Shown here: positions 47,528 to 57,644 of the stretch, one piece after another | Layout of the letters: each line of letters starts with the position of its first letter | Position numbering within the stretch: the stretch's first letter is position 1 | Source of the DNA: Dysgonomonas sp. PH5-45 | GTDB lineage: Bacteria > Bacteroidota > Bacteroidia > Bacteroidales > Dysgonomonadaceae | DNA length: 60,083 nt | Reading direction: 5' to 3' | NCBI RefSeq assembly: GCF_029893235.1 | Contig: NZ_JARXWE010000017.1 | Span: forward strand, 1-60,083 | Notes under the pieces: model-generated | What the model saw: only the letters and a program-made list of their open reading frames with translations | Database searches by the model: none | What the model was told of the DNA's origin: nothing | Program-made: the position numbers and the translations under genes

Positions 47528-50500
47528 TTATTTCAAATTATTAATCATCAAATGCAGTCGGTTCACTATGTTTACATCGCTTACACCGCTATCGTAGTCG
47601 AGCGATAATAAGTTCATCCGAGGGTAAAGTGTTTTTATTTTTTTCTCCACTCCTTTAGCCACAATATGATTGGCAATACACCCAAAGGGCTGCAATGACA
47701 CCACATTATTCACATTCTGCTTGGCATACGACACAACTTCGGCCGGCAACAACCACCCTTCGCCAAACTGCGCTGTCAACGACACAATGCCCTTAGCGTG
47801 TTCCGACTCTTCAAATATATCGGGCAATGGCACGAAGTACCGAAAAGCAGACGATGCTTCATTTACTTTATTCACATATTTATAAGTAAGCTTATAGATT
47901 TTCTTCATCAGCCAATCTGGCAAACCAGACCGTTCCAAATTACTTTCCTTCGAATATTTCCTGTTTACAAAGGTCTGCAAAAAGAAATTACTCAACATCG
48001 GAGGGCATACCTCTATCTTATTTTCTATCAACCAATTTATGACATCACGATTAGCAAACGAATGGAATTTCAGATATATCTCTCCAACAATTCCAACTTT
48101 CTGATAGCTATCATCATCATTGACAATACCATTAAAGTCAGCTGCCGCAGTAGCCAACAGCTGCAACAATCCTTTAGAATCGTTAGCGGCTATACGCTGA
48201 TTGGCGGCTTCTATATAATAATCTCTCAACTTCTGAGCCTGCCCCCTACTCTTTTCGCGTACCACCGAAGCGTGATAGAATTGCGACAGGCAGTCGCCAA
48301 ACAATATGGCGGTAAGTGTAATCTTTATTATCTTGAACCAATTTATATCAAAGCCCGACTGTTCGTTGCTCAATCCGCCAAAAGCCAGTGCAACAACAGG
48401 TATTTGTGGGTATCCGGCATCCACCAAGCCATTCTTTATTAAGGCAATGTAATTAGTGGCACGACATTGCCCTCCTGTTTGTGTTATAGCTACGGCGGTG
48501 TTTTCAGGGTCGTATTTTCCGGATTGTACGGCCTTAATAATATCACCTACAACCAGTGTTGCCGGATAGCAAACCTCGTTGTTTGCATATTTCAGTCCGG
48601 TTTCGGCCGATTCTATATCGCTCTTGGGCAACTGATCTACCTCAAAGCCCGAAAGCTTTAGTATGGTAGGCACAAACGGCGAAAGATAGTCTGTAAAGAA
48701 AGGCGCGATAATCTTCCGCTTTTTCTTGTCTTCCTTCCGGTAAACTTTTGTTGTAACAAAGGGTTTGATTGCCCCCGACTTAGCGCCACTGTATTTAAGG
48801 CTTTCGATGAGAGATCTTACACGTAGTTTGATGGAACCGATATTGCTTACATCATCCAACTTCAGTATAGTCAACGATTTATTGTGCCGTTTCAGTATAT
48901 TAGCTATTTCGTCCAGCAAAAAAGCATCGGGGCCACAACCAAAAGACGTCATCTGCATGAAATGAATATTCGCACCTTCCGTGGCAACCCATTTGGCAGC
49001 TTTTGTTATACGGTTAATGTATGCCCATTGCGATATCATGTGAGTTTCGCGGTCTACATCAATGCTATCGTTGTTCCGTGTAATATCTTCCGTCAAAACA
49101 TTTACTCCTAAATCGGCAATCATGTCCGATAGTTTGTGTTGCACAAGCGGATCACTGTGATAAGGTCTACCGGCCAAAAGAATAGACAATCGCCCCTCTT
49201 CACAGCTTTTCTTATACAAAAGTTCGTTTGCTTCCCGCATTTCCTCCTCATACCGGAGCTGAGCGGCAAGTGCCTTATCGACCGCCCTGCAAACCTGCTT
49301 ATCGGAAACACCCAATGTTTTGAAATAAACTATACAATTTTTCTTCAGCAGTTTTTCGTCCTTAAATGTTATGTTGGGCGAATCGACAGGTATATTGTAG
49401 CTTTCAAGAGGGCCTATTGCGCTTTTCACCACATCCGAATAACCCGACACGATTGGGCAATTATAGCTATTCACCGCCTTTGCGTTTTCTTGCCTCTCAT
49501 AAACCACATAAGGAAAAAAGATGCGGTCTACACCTTTTTCCATCAAATCGTAAATATGACTATGAACCAACTTTGCAGGAAAACAAATATTATCAGACAT
49601 CACCGAATGGACTCCCTCCTCATATTTCTTGAAAGTTGAGGGTTCCGACAAGTATGTTTGTACACCACATTCGTTGAACAAAGCGTTCCAGAACGGATAA
49701 TTTTCGAACATATTCAAAATACGGGGTATGCCCACCACAGGCTTCGACGCATCGCCACTCAGCCTTGGGCGATTAAATATCTTATCGTATTTGTCTGTAT
49801 ATAGGTTAGTGCCTCTTACTTGTGCCGCCGCACCGTTCGAAAATATTTTTTCACACTTATTTCCGGAATAATAAATATTTCCGTTATCGAATGTATATTT
49901 ATTGATGAGGCAAACGTTTTCGCATCCACGGCAATTAATCTGCCGGGCTGTGTATTGGGCTGCCTGCAACAGGTCTTGGAGCTTTACAACTTTCGTTTGG
50001 CTCTGCATCGACTTCGAAAACAAAGCGCATCCGTAAGCCCCCATCAGTTCGGGCAGGTTGCTACGATGCACTTCCAAGCCTATAAGGTTCTCGAAGGCTC
50101 GCACAACCGAATCGTTGCGCATAGTGCCTCCCTGAACTACAATATGCCGGCCCAGCTCTGTGGTATTTTTCAGTTTAAGGACTTTATACAAACAGTTTTT
50201 CACTACCGAATAAGACAGCCCCGCCGAAATATCGGCTACGGTAGCCCCCTCGCGCAAAAACTGTTTTACCTTCGAGTTCATGAACACCGTACAGCGCGTA
50301 CCCAAATCGCAAGGATACTTGGCCGTACAGGCAATCTTTGCAAAATCTTGCACCGTATAATTCAGCGATTTAGCAAACGTTTCGATAAACGACCCACAGC
50401 CCGACGAACAAGCCTCGTTTATCTCCATTCGGTATAATGCCCCGTTTTCGATAAACATGGCCTTCATGTCCTGCCCACCAATGTCGAGGATAAAAGAGAC

Positions 50501-51760
50501 TTCGGGGTCCATCGTTTTTGCCGATAAATAATGGGCTATTGTCTCTATCACCCCATAATCGAGCCCAAATGCCGCTTTTATTAAATCTTCGCCATATCCG
50601 GTGGAGCAACTGCCTTTTATTTGCAGATCTACGCCTGCTTCATGACTTTTGGCAAGCAGTTCTGACAAACCATTACGGACAGCCTGTATAGAGTTCCCTT
50701 GATTGGGAGCATAGTAGCTATAAAGAAGGTTTCCGGCTTCGTCAATCAACGTTATTTTGGTTGTTGTTGAACCCGAATCTATACCCAGATAGCAGTAACC
50801 TTTGTGATCTTTAAGCGGTGTGGATTTTATTTGTTTTTTATTTTTTTGCTCATGCCATTCCTTAACATCCTGATCATTACTGAAAATCGCTTCCAAACGA
50901 TTATCTATTTTCAAATCGAGCCCTTTTTCCTCTTTTTGTAAGAATTCTAAGAACCCCGACAATACTACCGGCTCAGCCTCTGTCCTATCGGCCAAAGCAG
51001 CCCCCCATGCAGGGAGCAGGTTTGAGTTGTCAAGAATCACATAATCGTCTTCGTTCAGATGTAGATAGTTTATAAAGGCATTCCGCAAAGCGGGAATAAA
51101 AGTAAGAGGCCCTCCGCAAAACAATACTCTGGGGTTTATGCTGCATCCGTGCGATAATGTAACAACAGTCTGCACGGCTATCGCATGAAAAATAGACGCC
51201 GCAATATCGGCTTTCGATACATTTTTACTCACCAAGTTCTGGACATCGGTCTTCGAGAACACACCACAGCGCGAAGCTATGGGATATACATGTTCGGCCT
51301 GCAAAGCCAAAGAGTTCATCTCCTCTATGCTGCAATCGAGCAGAATTGACATTTGATCTATAAAGGCACCCGTCCCTCCGGCACAGTTGCCATTCATTCG
51401 CATATCGGGTACACCCCTATCCGAAAAGTAAATAACCTTGGCATCTTCGCCGCCGATATCTATTACAGTCGAGATATTTGAGAATTTCTTTTTTATCAGA
51501 TTTGATACAGCAACAACTTCTTGCTCAAAGGGAATAGAAAACCGTTCTGAAAGCCCCATGCCTGCCGATCCGGTTATAGTTAAGCCTATTTTACATTCGC
51601 CAACAACCGCCAACAATTGCCCAAACAACGTGCGAACTGCTGTTTTCACATCGGCATGATGCCGTTCATATTTAGAGAAGATTATCTGTCCCGAATCGTC
51701 TACAGCAACCATTTTTGCAGTAGTAGATCCTACATCCAATCCCACTTTAAATATATTCAT
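47528..51760 (-). CDS. Fused 2-hydroxyacyl-CoA dehydratase-like / BadF-BadG-BcrA-BcrD (HgdC-type) activase ATPase protein
   Basis: About 1,410 aa from the Met at 51760. N-terminal MNIFKVGLDVGSTTAKMVAV is the ASKHA-fold activase motif. A second activase repeat appears near CYLGIDSGSTTTKITLID. Intervening and C-terminal Cys-rich regions resemble HgdAB/YjiM dehydratase components. Confidence 0.75.
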   Translation of the reverse strand: MNIFKVGLDVGSTTAKMVAVDDSGQIIFSKYERHHADVKTAVRTLFGQLLAVVGECKIGLTITGSAGMGLSERFSIPFEQEVVAVSNLIKKKFSNISTVIDIGGEDAKVIYFSDRGVPDMRMNGNCAGGTGAFIDQMSILLDCSIEEMNSLALQAEHVYPIASRCGVFSKTDVQNLVSKNVSKADIAASIFHAIAVQTVVTLSHGCSINPRVLFCGGPLTFIPALRNAFINYLHLNEDDYVILDNSNLLPAWGAALADRTEAEPVVLSGFLEFLQKEEKGLDLKIDNRLEAIFSNDQDVKEWHEQKNKKQIKSTPLKDHKGYCYLGIDSGSTTTKITLIDEAGNLLYSYYAPNQGNSIQAVRNGLSELLAKSHEAGVDLQIKGSCSTGYGEDLIKAAFGLDYGVIETIAHYLSAKTMDPEVSFILDIGGQDMKAMFIENGALYRMEINEACSSGCGSFIETFAKSLNYTVQDFAKIACTAKYPCDLGTRCTVFMNSKVKQFLREGATVADISAGLSYSVVKNCLYKVLKLKNTTELGRHIVVQGGTMRNDSVVRAFENLIGLEVHRSNLPELMGAYGCALFSKSMQSQTKVVKLQDLLQAAQYTARQINCRGCENVCLINKYTFDNGNIYYSGNKCEKIFSNGAAAQVRGTNLYTDKYDKIFNRPRLSGDASKPVVGIPRILNMFENYPFWNALFNECGVQTYLSEPSTFKKYEEGVHSVMSDNICFPAKLVHSHIYDLMEKGVDRIFFPYVVYERQENAKAVNSYNCPIVSGYSDVVKSAIGPLESYNIPVDSPNITFKDEKLLKKNCIVYFKTLGVSDKQVCRAVDKALAAQLRYEEEMREANELLYKKSCEEGRLSILLAGRPYHSDPLVQHKLSDMIADLGVNVLTEDITRNNDSIDVDRETHMISQWAYINRITKAAKWVATEGANIHFMQMTSFGCGPDAFLLDEIANILKRHNKSLTILKLDDVSNIGSIKLRVRSLIESLKYSGAKSGAIKPFVTTKVYRKEDKKKRKIIAPFFTDYLSPFVPTILKLSGFEVDQLPKSDIESAETGLKYANNEVCYPATLVVGDIIKAVQSGKYDPENTAVAITQTGGQCRATNYIALIKNGLVDAGYPQIPVVALAFGGLSNEQSGFDINWFKIIKITLTAILFGDCLSQFYHASVVREKSRGQAQKLRDYYIEAANQRIAANDSKGLLQLLATAAADFNGIVNDDDSYQKVGIVGEIYLKFHSFANRDVINWLIENKIEVCPPMLSNFFLQTFVNRKYSKESNLERSGLPDWLMKKIYKLTYKYVNKVNEASSAFRYFVPLPDIFEESEHAKGIVSLTAQFGEGWLLPAEVVSYAKQNVNNVVSLQPFGCIANHIVAKGVEKKIKTLYPRMNLLSLDYDSGVSDVNIVNRLHLMINNLK

Positions 51761-51972
51761 ATCAAATCTGTATTTATCTTTCAGCACCCACAACCAACAG
51801 TGCATTTTTTCTCAAGAACAAAGATATAACAAATCTTATTTTCAAACAGGCGTTTAATACATTTTTTAAGAAATACGAACATCGAATTAAGAATAAGAAA
51901 AAAGAGATACCCATAGCGGATATCTCTTTCCATAATCTAAAAAAACCGTCAAGGAAAAAACCTGTTAAATGT

Positions 51973-52524
51973 TTAATTTTTCGTATTATACTTTTCCTTC
52001 TCGCTTCGTACTATTTCCCTACGGTCATTTTTAAATTTTAGTTTTAGTTCTTTTATTTGTTTTTGTTGCTCTGTTTGATCTATACTGCTTCTTTTTATGG
52101 CCTCAAGTTCTTTTTTATGATTTTCGCGCAGAGCCGAAAGTTTCCCTTGTGTTTCTTCGCTAAAACGGAACTTCATTTTGCAATCCATATCCCCCTTCAT
52201 TTTCATGCGGTTTATTTTCTTTCCGTAATAATCGTTCTTCACTCTACCTGTCTCTTTCAGTGCGGTCTGTTGTTCGGGGGTAAGTACTTTATTTATGGCC
52301 TCGTTTCTGGATGCTCTCAGACTTTTTCCTTTGTAGTTCAGGTCTTTCTTTTTTTCTCTATAATCGGCATTTATGGCATCTATCTGCTTTTGCTGTTCGG
52401 TAGTCAAATCCAGTTTTTGCAGCAAACAAAGCCTATCTTTTTTTTGAGGAGCACGAGCATTCTCGGCACTAATGGTCAATGTTGCTGTTGCGATCAGTGC
52501 TATGACAAAAAATAACTTCTTCAT
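51973..52524 (-). CDS. Periplasmic protein with LTxxQ repeats (Spy/CpxP-like or DUF4890)
   Basis: 183 aa. Signal peptide MKKLFFVIALIATATLTISA. Repeated LT(T/P)EQQ motifs (LTTEQQKQI, LTPEQQTAL, QTEQQKQI). Confidence 0.55.
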   Translation of the reverse strand: MKKLFFVIALIATATLTISAENARAPQKKDRLCLLQKLDLTTEQQKQIDAINADYREKKKDLNYKGKSLRASRNEAINKVLTPEQQTALKETGRVKNDYYGKKINRMKMKGDMDCKMKFRFSEETQGKLSALRENHKKELEAIKRSSIDQTEQQKQIKELKLKFKNDRREIVRSEKEKYNTKN

Positions 52525-52671
52525 AATCTTTCTAAATTTTTGAGTTTACGTTTTTTTGTTTCGTTTTCTGTTTAGATTAAAAAGCAGTCCGAACGTTTAA
52601 TCAACATAGTAGATTTAACTTTTTGTCACCATATTCGAGCTAATAACTTAAAAACGCTAAAACTTAAAAGA

Positions 52672-53565
52672 CTAACACTTTATATTCAAATCGATCAGCA
52701 CCTTCTTTATACTCTCAAAAGTAGTGATACGGGTAGGAACAAGAGGAAGCCGGAGTTTATTTTCGATATACCCCATCATGTTGAGCATGCTTTTTACACC
52801 GGCAGGATTACCATCAACAAACAGTAGGTTAAACAATTCGCTAAAACTGTGATGTATGGTCAAAGCACTTTTATAGTCACCTTCAAGGGCAAGGCGTGTC
52901 ATACGGCTGAACTCCTTAGGGAAAGCATTTCCTATAACCGAAATAACACCAACAGCCCCCAATGTAATGAGAGGAAAAGTAATAGCATCATCGCCCGATA
53001 TGACATCGAAGTCTTCCGGTTTGCGCTTTATTATTTCGTCCATCTGGTTCATATCGCCCGATGCTTCCTTTATAGCAATCACATTCTTAAATTCGCGGGC
53101 TATGCGCAATGTAGTTTCGGCAGACATGTTTACCCCCGTTCTGCCTGGAACATTGTACAGAATGACAGGCAGTTCCGATGCTTCGGCTATCGTTTTATAA
53201 TGCTGATAAATACCTTCCTGCGATGGTTTATTATAGTAAGGAACAACCGACAGGATAGCATCTACTCCCTCGAACGCTCCATTCTTCAACTCGTTGGCTA
53301 TGGCACGGGTGTTATTGCCCCCCACCCCTTGAATAACAGGGATGCGGCCCGCAACGCGCGAAACCACCAAATCTACTATCTGCTTTTTTTCGTCATCGCT
53401 AAGAGTAGGTGTTTCGGCGGTTGTACCCAACACAACCAGATAGTCTGTTCCATTCTGAAGCTGATAGTCTACAAGGCGGGCTAAGGCTTCGTAATCTACA
53501 CTTTCGTCATTTTTAAACGGAGTTACCAATGCAACCCCTACTCCTTTAAGGTTTATTTTCGGCAT
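52672..53565 (-). CDS. dapA: 4-hydroxy-tetrahydrodipicolinate synthase
   Basis: About 297 aa from the internal Met (MPKINLKGVGVALVTPF...). DapA/NAL-family blocks GTTAE and IKEASGD, and the catalytic Lys context (AIKEASGDM). Confidence 0.88.
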   Translation of the reverse strand: MPKINLKGVGVALVTPFKNDESVDYEALARLVDYQLQNGTDYLVVLGTTAETPTLSDDEKKQIVDLVVSRVAGRIPVIQGVGGNNTRAIANELKNGAFEGVDAILSVVPYYNKPSQEGIYQHYKTIAEASELPVILYNVPGRTGVNMSAETTLRIAREFKNVIAIKEASGDMNQMDEIIKRKPEDFDVISGDDAITFPLITLGAVGVISVIGNAFPKEFSRMTRLALEGDYKSALTIHHSFSELFNLLFVDGNPAGVKSMLNMMGYIENKLRLPLVPTRITTFESIKKVLIDLNIKC

Positions 53566-53597
53566 AATGAGGGAAGAATATCTATATAAATACAAAT

Positions 53598-54170
53598 CTA
53601 CAAATTATTTGAACTCCCAAACATATAGTTCAAATAAAATTTTATTTGTTCATACACGTACAAAATATCTTTATCTTCGTCTTTGAGGATAATGCAATCG
53701 TAAACATTCTTTTCAGATTCCTTTATCCCGATACAAAAAGAACTTTTGTTTTTCATCAGAAGATAAGTAAGGCAATTTTCTTTTCCCGAAACCGTGAAAT
53801 CGAACAAAGTATCGTACCGCAAATTATCGAATTCCGCTTCTATGGGTGGTTGTAGCATTTGCTTCCAAGATAGGTCTTTTTCCTGTTCTATAACCCTTAC
53901 TTCGGGCAGAAACTTAAATTGAGGCCCGGTGGCATCCGTTTTTTCTTTGTTGTCAACAGTCCATGCCGATACTTGCTTGCCGCAGCCTTTCAGGTCGAGT
54001 ATAATTTTTTCGGCCAAAGGATAGTCCTGATAATCGAAAAACAAGACAACATCCCTAACCGCATCGAACGATTTGAAAGAATGAGGTCGATTGTTCTTCT
54101 TATAGACATCATTGATTCCCTTTTTCAGGAAAAAATTTGTTTTTATAAACTTCATATCTCTTCTATTCAA
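53598..54170 (-). CDS. Hypothetical protein
   Basis: 190 aa. No recognisable motif. Its 3' end overlaps the ligA start region by 8 bp, so it is probably co-transcribed. Confidence 0.45.
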   Translation of the reverse strand: MNRRDMKFIKTNFFLKKGINDVYKKNNRPHSFKSFDAVRDVVLFFDYQDYPLAEKIILDLKGCGKQVSAWTVDNKEKTDATGPQFKFLPEVRVIEQEKDLSWKQMLQPPIEAEFDNLRYDTLFDFTVSGKENCLTYLLMKNKSSFCIGIKESEKNVYDCIILKDEDKDILYVYEQIKFYLNYMFGSSNNL

Positions 54171-56169
54171 TCATTTTCAGAAACTCTTCTTCGTTCAGAA
54201 TCCTTACATTCAGCTTTTGTGCTTTTTCGAGTTTTGCAGGCCCCATATTGTCGCCGGCAAGGATAAAACTTGTTTTGGAAGAAATTGAACCACTGTTTTT
54301 ACCCCCGTTCTGTTCTATGAGGTCTTTATACTCGTCGCGCGAGTGTTTCTCGAATGTTCCGCTTATAACAATTGTCTGTCCTTGCAGCTTATCGGTTCTT
54401 TGTTCCATAACAGAACTGCTCACCTCCAACTGCACACCAAACGAACGGAGTTTTTCGATAAGAATCCTGTTGTCTTCGTCTTTGAAGAAGTTTATAACAC
54501 TGAAGGCTATACGCTCGCCTATCTCGTCAACCTCGATCAGTTGCTCAAGGGTTGCTTCTGCCAATTTTTCTATCGAAGGGAAAGCCGAAGCCAGTTTCTT
54601 TGCAACCGTTTCGCCTACATAACGGATACCTATCGCATACAATACACGCTCGTAAGGAACGTTTACCGACTGGCTGATGGCTTCCGTAAAGTTCTTCGCG
54701 CTCTTTTCGGCCCATCTGTCCAAACGGATCAGTTCTTGCCAACGTAAGGTGTACAGGTCGGCTATATTGGTCAGTAGTTTTGCATTATAAAGTTGGTTAA
54801 TAGTTTTTTCCGATCCCCCTGCAATATTCATCGCTTTGCGGGTAATAAAGTGTTCTATCCGTCCTTTTATCTGGGGAGGACACTCTTTTGCATTAGGGCA
54901 GTAATAAACAGCATCGCCTTCGTCACGGACAAGTTTTGCTCCACATTCGGGACAAGTGTCTATAAACCTGACTTTCTGGGCAAACATATCACGCCCGGAA
55001 GCATCCACTTCGGTTATTTTGGGTATTATCTCACCTCCTTTTTCCACATAAACCATATCGCCTATATGCAGATCCAGAGCCTCTATGGCATCGGCATTAT
55101 AGAGCGAAGCCCGTTTAACCACTGTGCCCGAAAGTTGTACCGGTTGCAGATTGGCAACAGGAGTCACAGCCCCCGTGCGCCCTACCTGAAAAGAAACGAA
55201 AAGCAATTTTGTGAGTTCTTTTTCAGCTTGAAATTTAAAGGCGATAGCCCATCGGGGGAATTTGGAGGTATAACCCAAATTTCGTTGTTGCCGCAATGAA
55301 TTTACTTTAAGCACAATGCCATCTGTGGCAACAGGAAAACTTTTACGTTCAACGTCCCAATGTTTTATAAAATCGAAAACCTCCTGCAAGCTTTTCACTT
55401 TGCGTGTAGCGTCCGATATCTTAAATCCCCATTCACGGGCTTTCATCAGATTCTCGTAATGGGTTTCTGACGACAAGTTTTTCCCTACCATATAATACAG
55501 ATAAGAATCCAACTTGCGGGATGCCACAACTTTAGGGTCTTGTTGTTTTAATGTGCCCGATGCAGCATTACGAGGATTGGCAAACAAAGGCTCTTCTTGC
55601 TCGGCTCTTTCTTGGTTGAGCTTATCAAATACCTTCCACGGCATCAGAATCTCGCCCCTGATTTCGAATTCGTCGGGGTAGCCGCTTCCTTGCAAAGTGA
55701 GGGGAATGCTGCGTATGGTGCGTACATTTGCCGTAACATCGTCACCCACAACACCATCGCCACGGGTTACGGCCTGTATCAACTCCCCATTGCGGTAGGT
55801 CAGGGAGATTGATGTTCCGTCAAATTTGAGTTCGCAAACAATTTCGAAATCATCGTTCAGGTCTTTTTTTACCCTCTCGTAAAAATCCGTCACCTCCCCT
55901 TCGGAATAAGTATTGCCCAGCGAAAGCATAGGATATTTATGGGCAACCTGTTTGAAGTGCTTATTTATATCGCTCCCTACGCGTTGTGTTGGAGAATTAG
56001 GGTCGGCATATTCGGGGTATTGGGATTCCAAGTCCGAAAGTTCCCGGAGCAATTTGTCGAATTCGAAATCGGATATCATAGGATTCGACAGTACATAATA
56101 ATTATGATTATGCTCATGCAAAATTCTCCGTAGGTTGTCTATATGTTGCTTAGGGTCTGTTATTGCCAT
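54163..56169 (-). CDS. ligA: NAD-dependent DNA ligase
   Basis: 668 aa. Adenylation motif KxDG ([12 protein letters not shown]), a 4-Cys zinc finger (CPECGAKL...CPNAKECP), HhH repeats, and a C-terminal BRCT domain. Confidence 0.93.
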   Translation of the reverse strand: MAITDPKQHIDNLRRILHEHNHNYYVLSNPMISDFEFDKLLRELSDLESQYPEYADPNSPTQRVGSDINKHFKQVAHKYPMLSLGNTYSEGEVTDFYERVKKDLNDDFEIVCELKFDGTSISLTYRNGELIQAVTRGDGVVGDDVTANVRTIRSIPLTLQGSGYPDEFEIRGEILMPWKVFDKLNQERAEQEEPLFANPRNAASGTLKQQDPKVVASRKLDSYLYYMVGKNLSSETHYENLMKAREWGFKISDATRKVKSLQEVFDFIKHWDVERKSFPVATDGIVLKVNSLRQQRNLGYTSKFPRWAIAFKFQAEKELTKLLFVSFQVGRTGAVTPVANLQPVQLSGTVVKRASLYNADAIEALDLHIGDMVYVEKGGEIIPKITEVDASGRDMFAQKVRFIDTCPECGAKLVRDEGDAVYYCPNAKECPPQIKGRIEHFITRKAMNIAGGSEKTINQLYNAKLLTNIADLYTLRWQELIRLDRWAEKSAKNFTEAISQSVNVPYERVLYAIGIRYVGETVAKKLASAFPSIEKLAEATLEQLIEVDEIGERIAFSVINFFKDEDNRILIEKLRSFGVQLEVSSSVMEQRTDKLQGQTIVISGTFEKHSRDEYKDLIEQNGGKNSGSISSKTSFILAGDNMGPAKLEKAQKLNVRILNEEEFLKMIE

Positions 56170-56250
56170 ATTCTTAGGGTGATTGCTATTACTAACACAA
56201 AAGTAAAAAGAAAAAGCATTATTTTATAGTTTAAAGCAAGCTAAAGAAAT

Positions 56251-57225
56251 TCAAAAAACACTGGCTTTCATTTTCAATCCTGCCGCTTGATCAAAACCAA
56301 ACATAAGGTTCATATTCTGTATAGCCTGTCCGGATGCTCCTTTCAGCAGGTTATCTATGAAAGATTGTATCAACAGTTTCGTTCCATGCTTTTCGATGCA
56401 GAGAATGCACTTGTTTGTGTTTATCACTTGTTTCAAGTGGGGATTCTTTTTTATGACAAAAACAAAGGGGGCATCCCGATAAAAATCTTCGTACATTCGG
56501 ATTGCATCTTGCTCTGTTCCATCAAAATGGGTGTATGCCGTAACGAAAATACCCCGCGTGAAGTTGCCCCTGATAGGGATAAAGTTTATATCCTCTTTAA
56601 AGTCGCTTTGCAAGGAAGCTATAGTTTGGCGTACTTCGCCCAGATGTTGGTGACTGAAAGCCTTATAAACGGAAACATTATTGTTCCGCCAACTGTAATG
56701 AGACGAAAATGTGGGTTTCACCCCCGCACCCGTAGTGCCTATAATGCCTGTGATGTGTACCTCGGCATTCAACAATCGGGCTTTTGCCAATGGCAGCAAC
56801 GCCAGTTGTATAGCTGTGGCATAACAGCCGGGGTTAGCCACACGGTGTGCCGTTTGTATCTGCTCTTTATAGAGTTCGGGCAAACCATACACAAAATCAT
56901 TATCGGGAGCATTGAGGCGATAATCGTTCGACAAATCTATCAATTTCAAGCTATTAGGAATAACATTCCCGGCAAGGAATTTTTCTGTATCGCCATAGGG
57001 TGTGCAGAAAAACAGTACATCCACTTCGTCAAGAGGCAGGCTATCGGTAAAGACCATATCCGTCTCGCCAAACAAATCGTTGTGAACATCGTACAACTTA
57101 TTGCCGGCATTACTTACACTATTCACAAAATGAAGCTCAGCGTAGGGATGATTCAGAAGTATCCTTATCAGTTCGCCGGCTGTATATCCGGCCCCGCCTA
57201 CAATTCCGGCTTTTATTCTATTCAT
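56251..57225 (-). CDS. argC: N-acetyl-gamma-glutamyl-phosphate reductase
   Basis: 324 aa. N-terminal Rossmann AGIVGGAGYTAGELIRIL, and an active-site Cys in ANPGCYATAIQLAL. Confidence 0.9.
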   Translation of the reverse strand: MNRIKAGIVGGAGYTAGELIRILLNHPYAELHFVNSVSNAGNKLYDVHNDLFGETDMVFTDSLPLDEVDVLFFCTPYGDTEKFLAGNVIPNSLKLIDLSNDYRLNAPDNDFVYGLPELYKEQIQTAHRVANPGCYATAIQLALLPLAKARLLNAEVHITGIIGTTGAGVKPTFSSHYSWRNNNVSVYKAFSHQHLGEVRQTIASLQSDFKEDINFIPIRGNFTRGIFVTAYTHFDGTEQDAIRMYEDFYRDAPFVFVIKKNPHLKQVINTNKCILCIEKHGTKLLIQSFIDNLLKGASGQAIQNMNLMFGFDQAAGLKMKASVF

Positions 57226-57566
57226 GGCTCCAATCTTTTTTTCAGATACCGCAAGAAAGCAAATCTTGGCCTTGTCTGTAAATATTCCAAATTGTATTGA
57301 TTGGCGTATGCTTCCCGTTCGAAAGAAATATTCATATACGCCCTATCCGGATTTCTATATCGAATCCACTTTGCGGTCCACTCAACGGTATACCAAAGGT
57401 AGAAAAATATATACAACAACTCCTTCATTTGTGCAGTATGTATCGCCTCGTGGTTAATGATATGGGCCGAAAGAACACCATACTCTTTCCGGGCAAAAAT
57501 AAACCCGAAGATATTGATGGCTGCAAACCTTTTGAATGGGAATATGTTGTTGTATATTATCTTCAT
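57222..57566 (-). CDS. Small hypothetical protein with an HExxH motif
   Basis: About 114 aa from MKIIYNN. Contains HEAIH...FEREAY (HExxH plus downstream Glu). ATGA overlap with the argC start. Confidence 0.4.
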   Translation of the reverse strand: MKIIYNNIFPFKRFAAINIFGFIFARKEYGVLSAHIINHEAIHTAQMKELLYIFFYLWYTVEWTAKWIRYRNPDRAYMNISFEREAYANQYNLEYLQTRPRFAFLRYLKKRLEP

Positions 57567-57644
57567 TGTCGGAGGAAAGAACAAACCCTGTTTAAATTAA
57601 CATCATTAAACAGGGTTTTTATTATTTATCAGTAAACAAATGCC

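Noticed and set aside
56287-57300. 337-aa plus-strand ORF covering the whole argC locus
   Set aside because: It is antisense to a gene with unambiguous ArgC motifs. Its translation is low-complexity, with no recognisable domain. Long antisense open frames are common opposite well-conserved genes.
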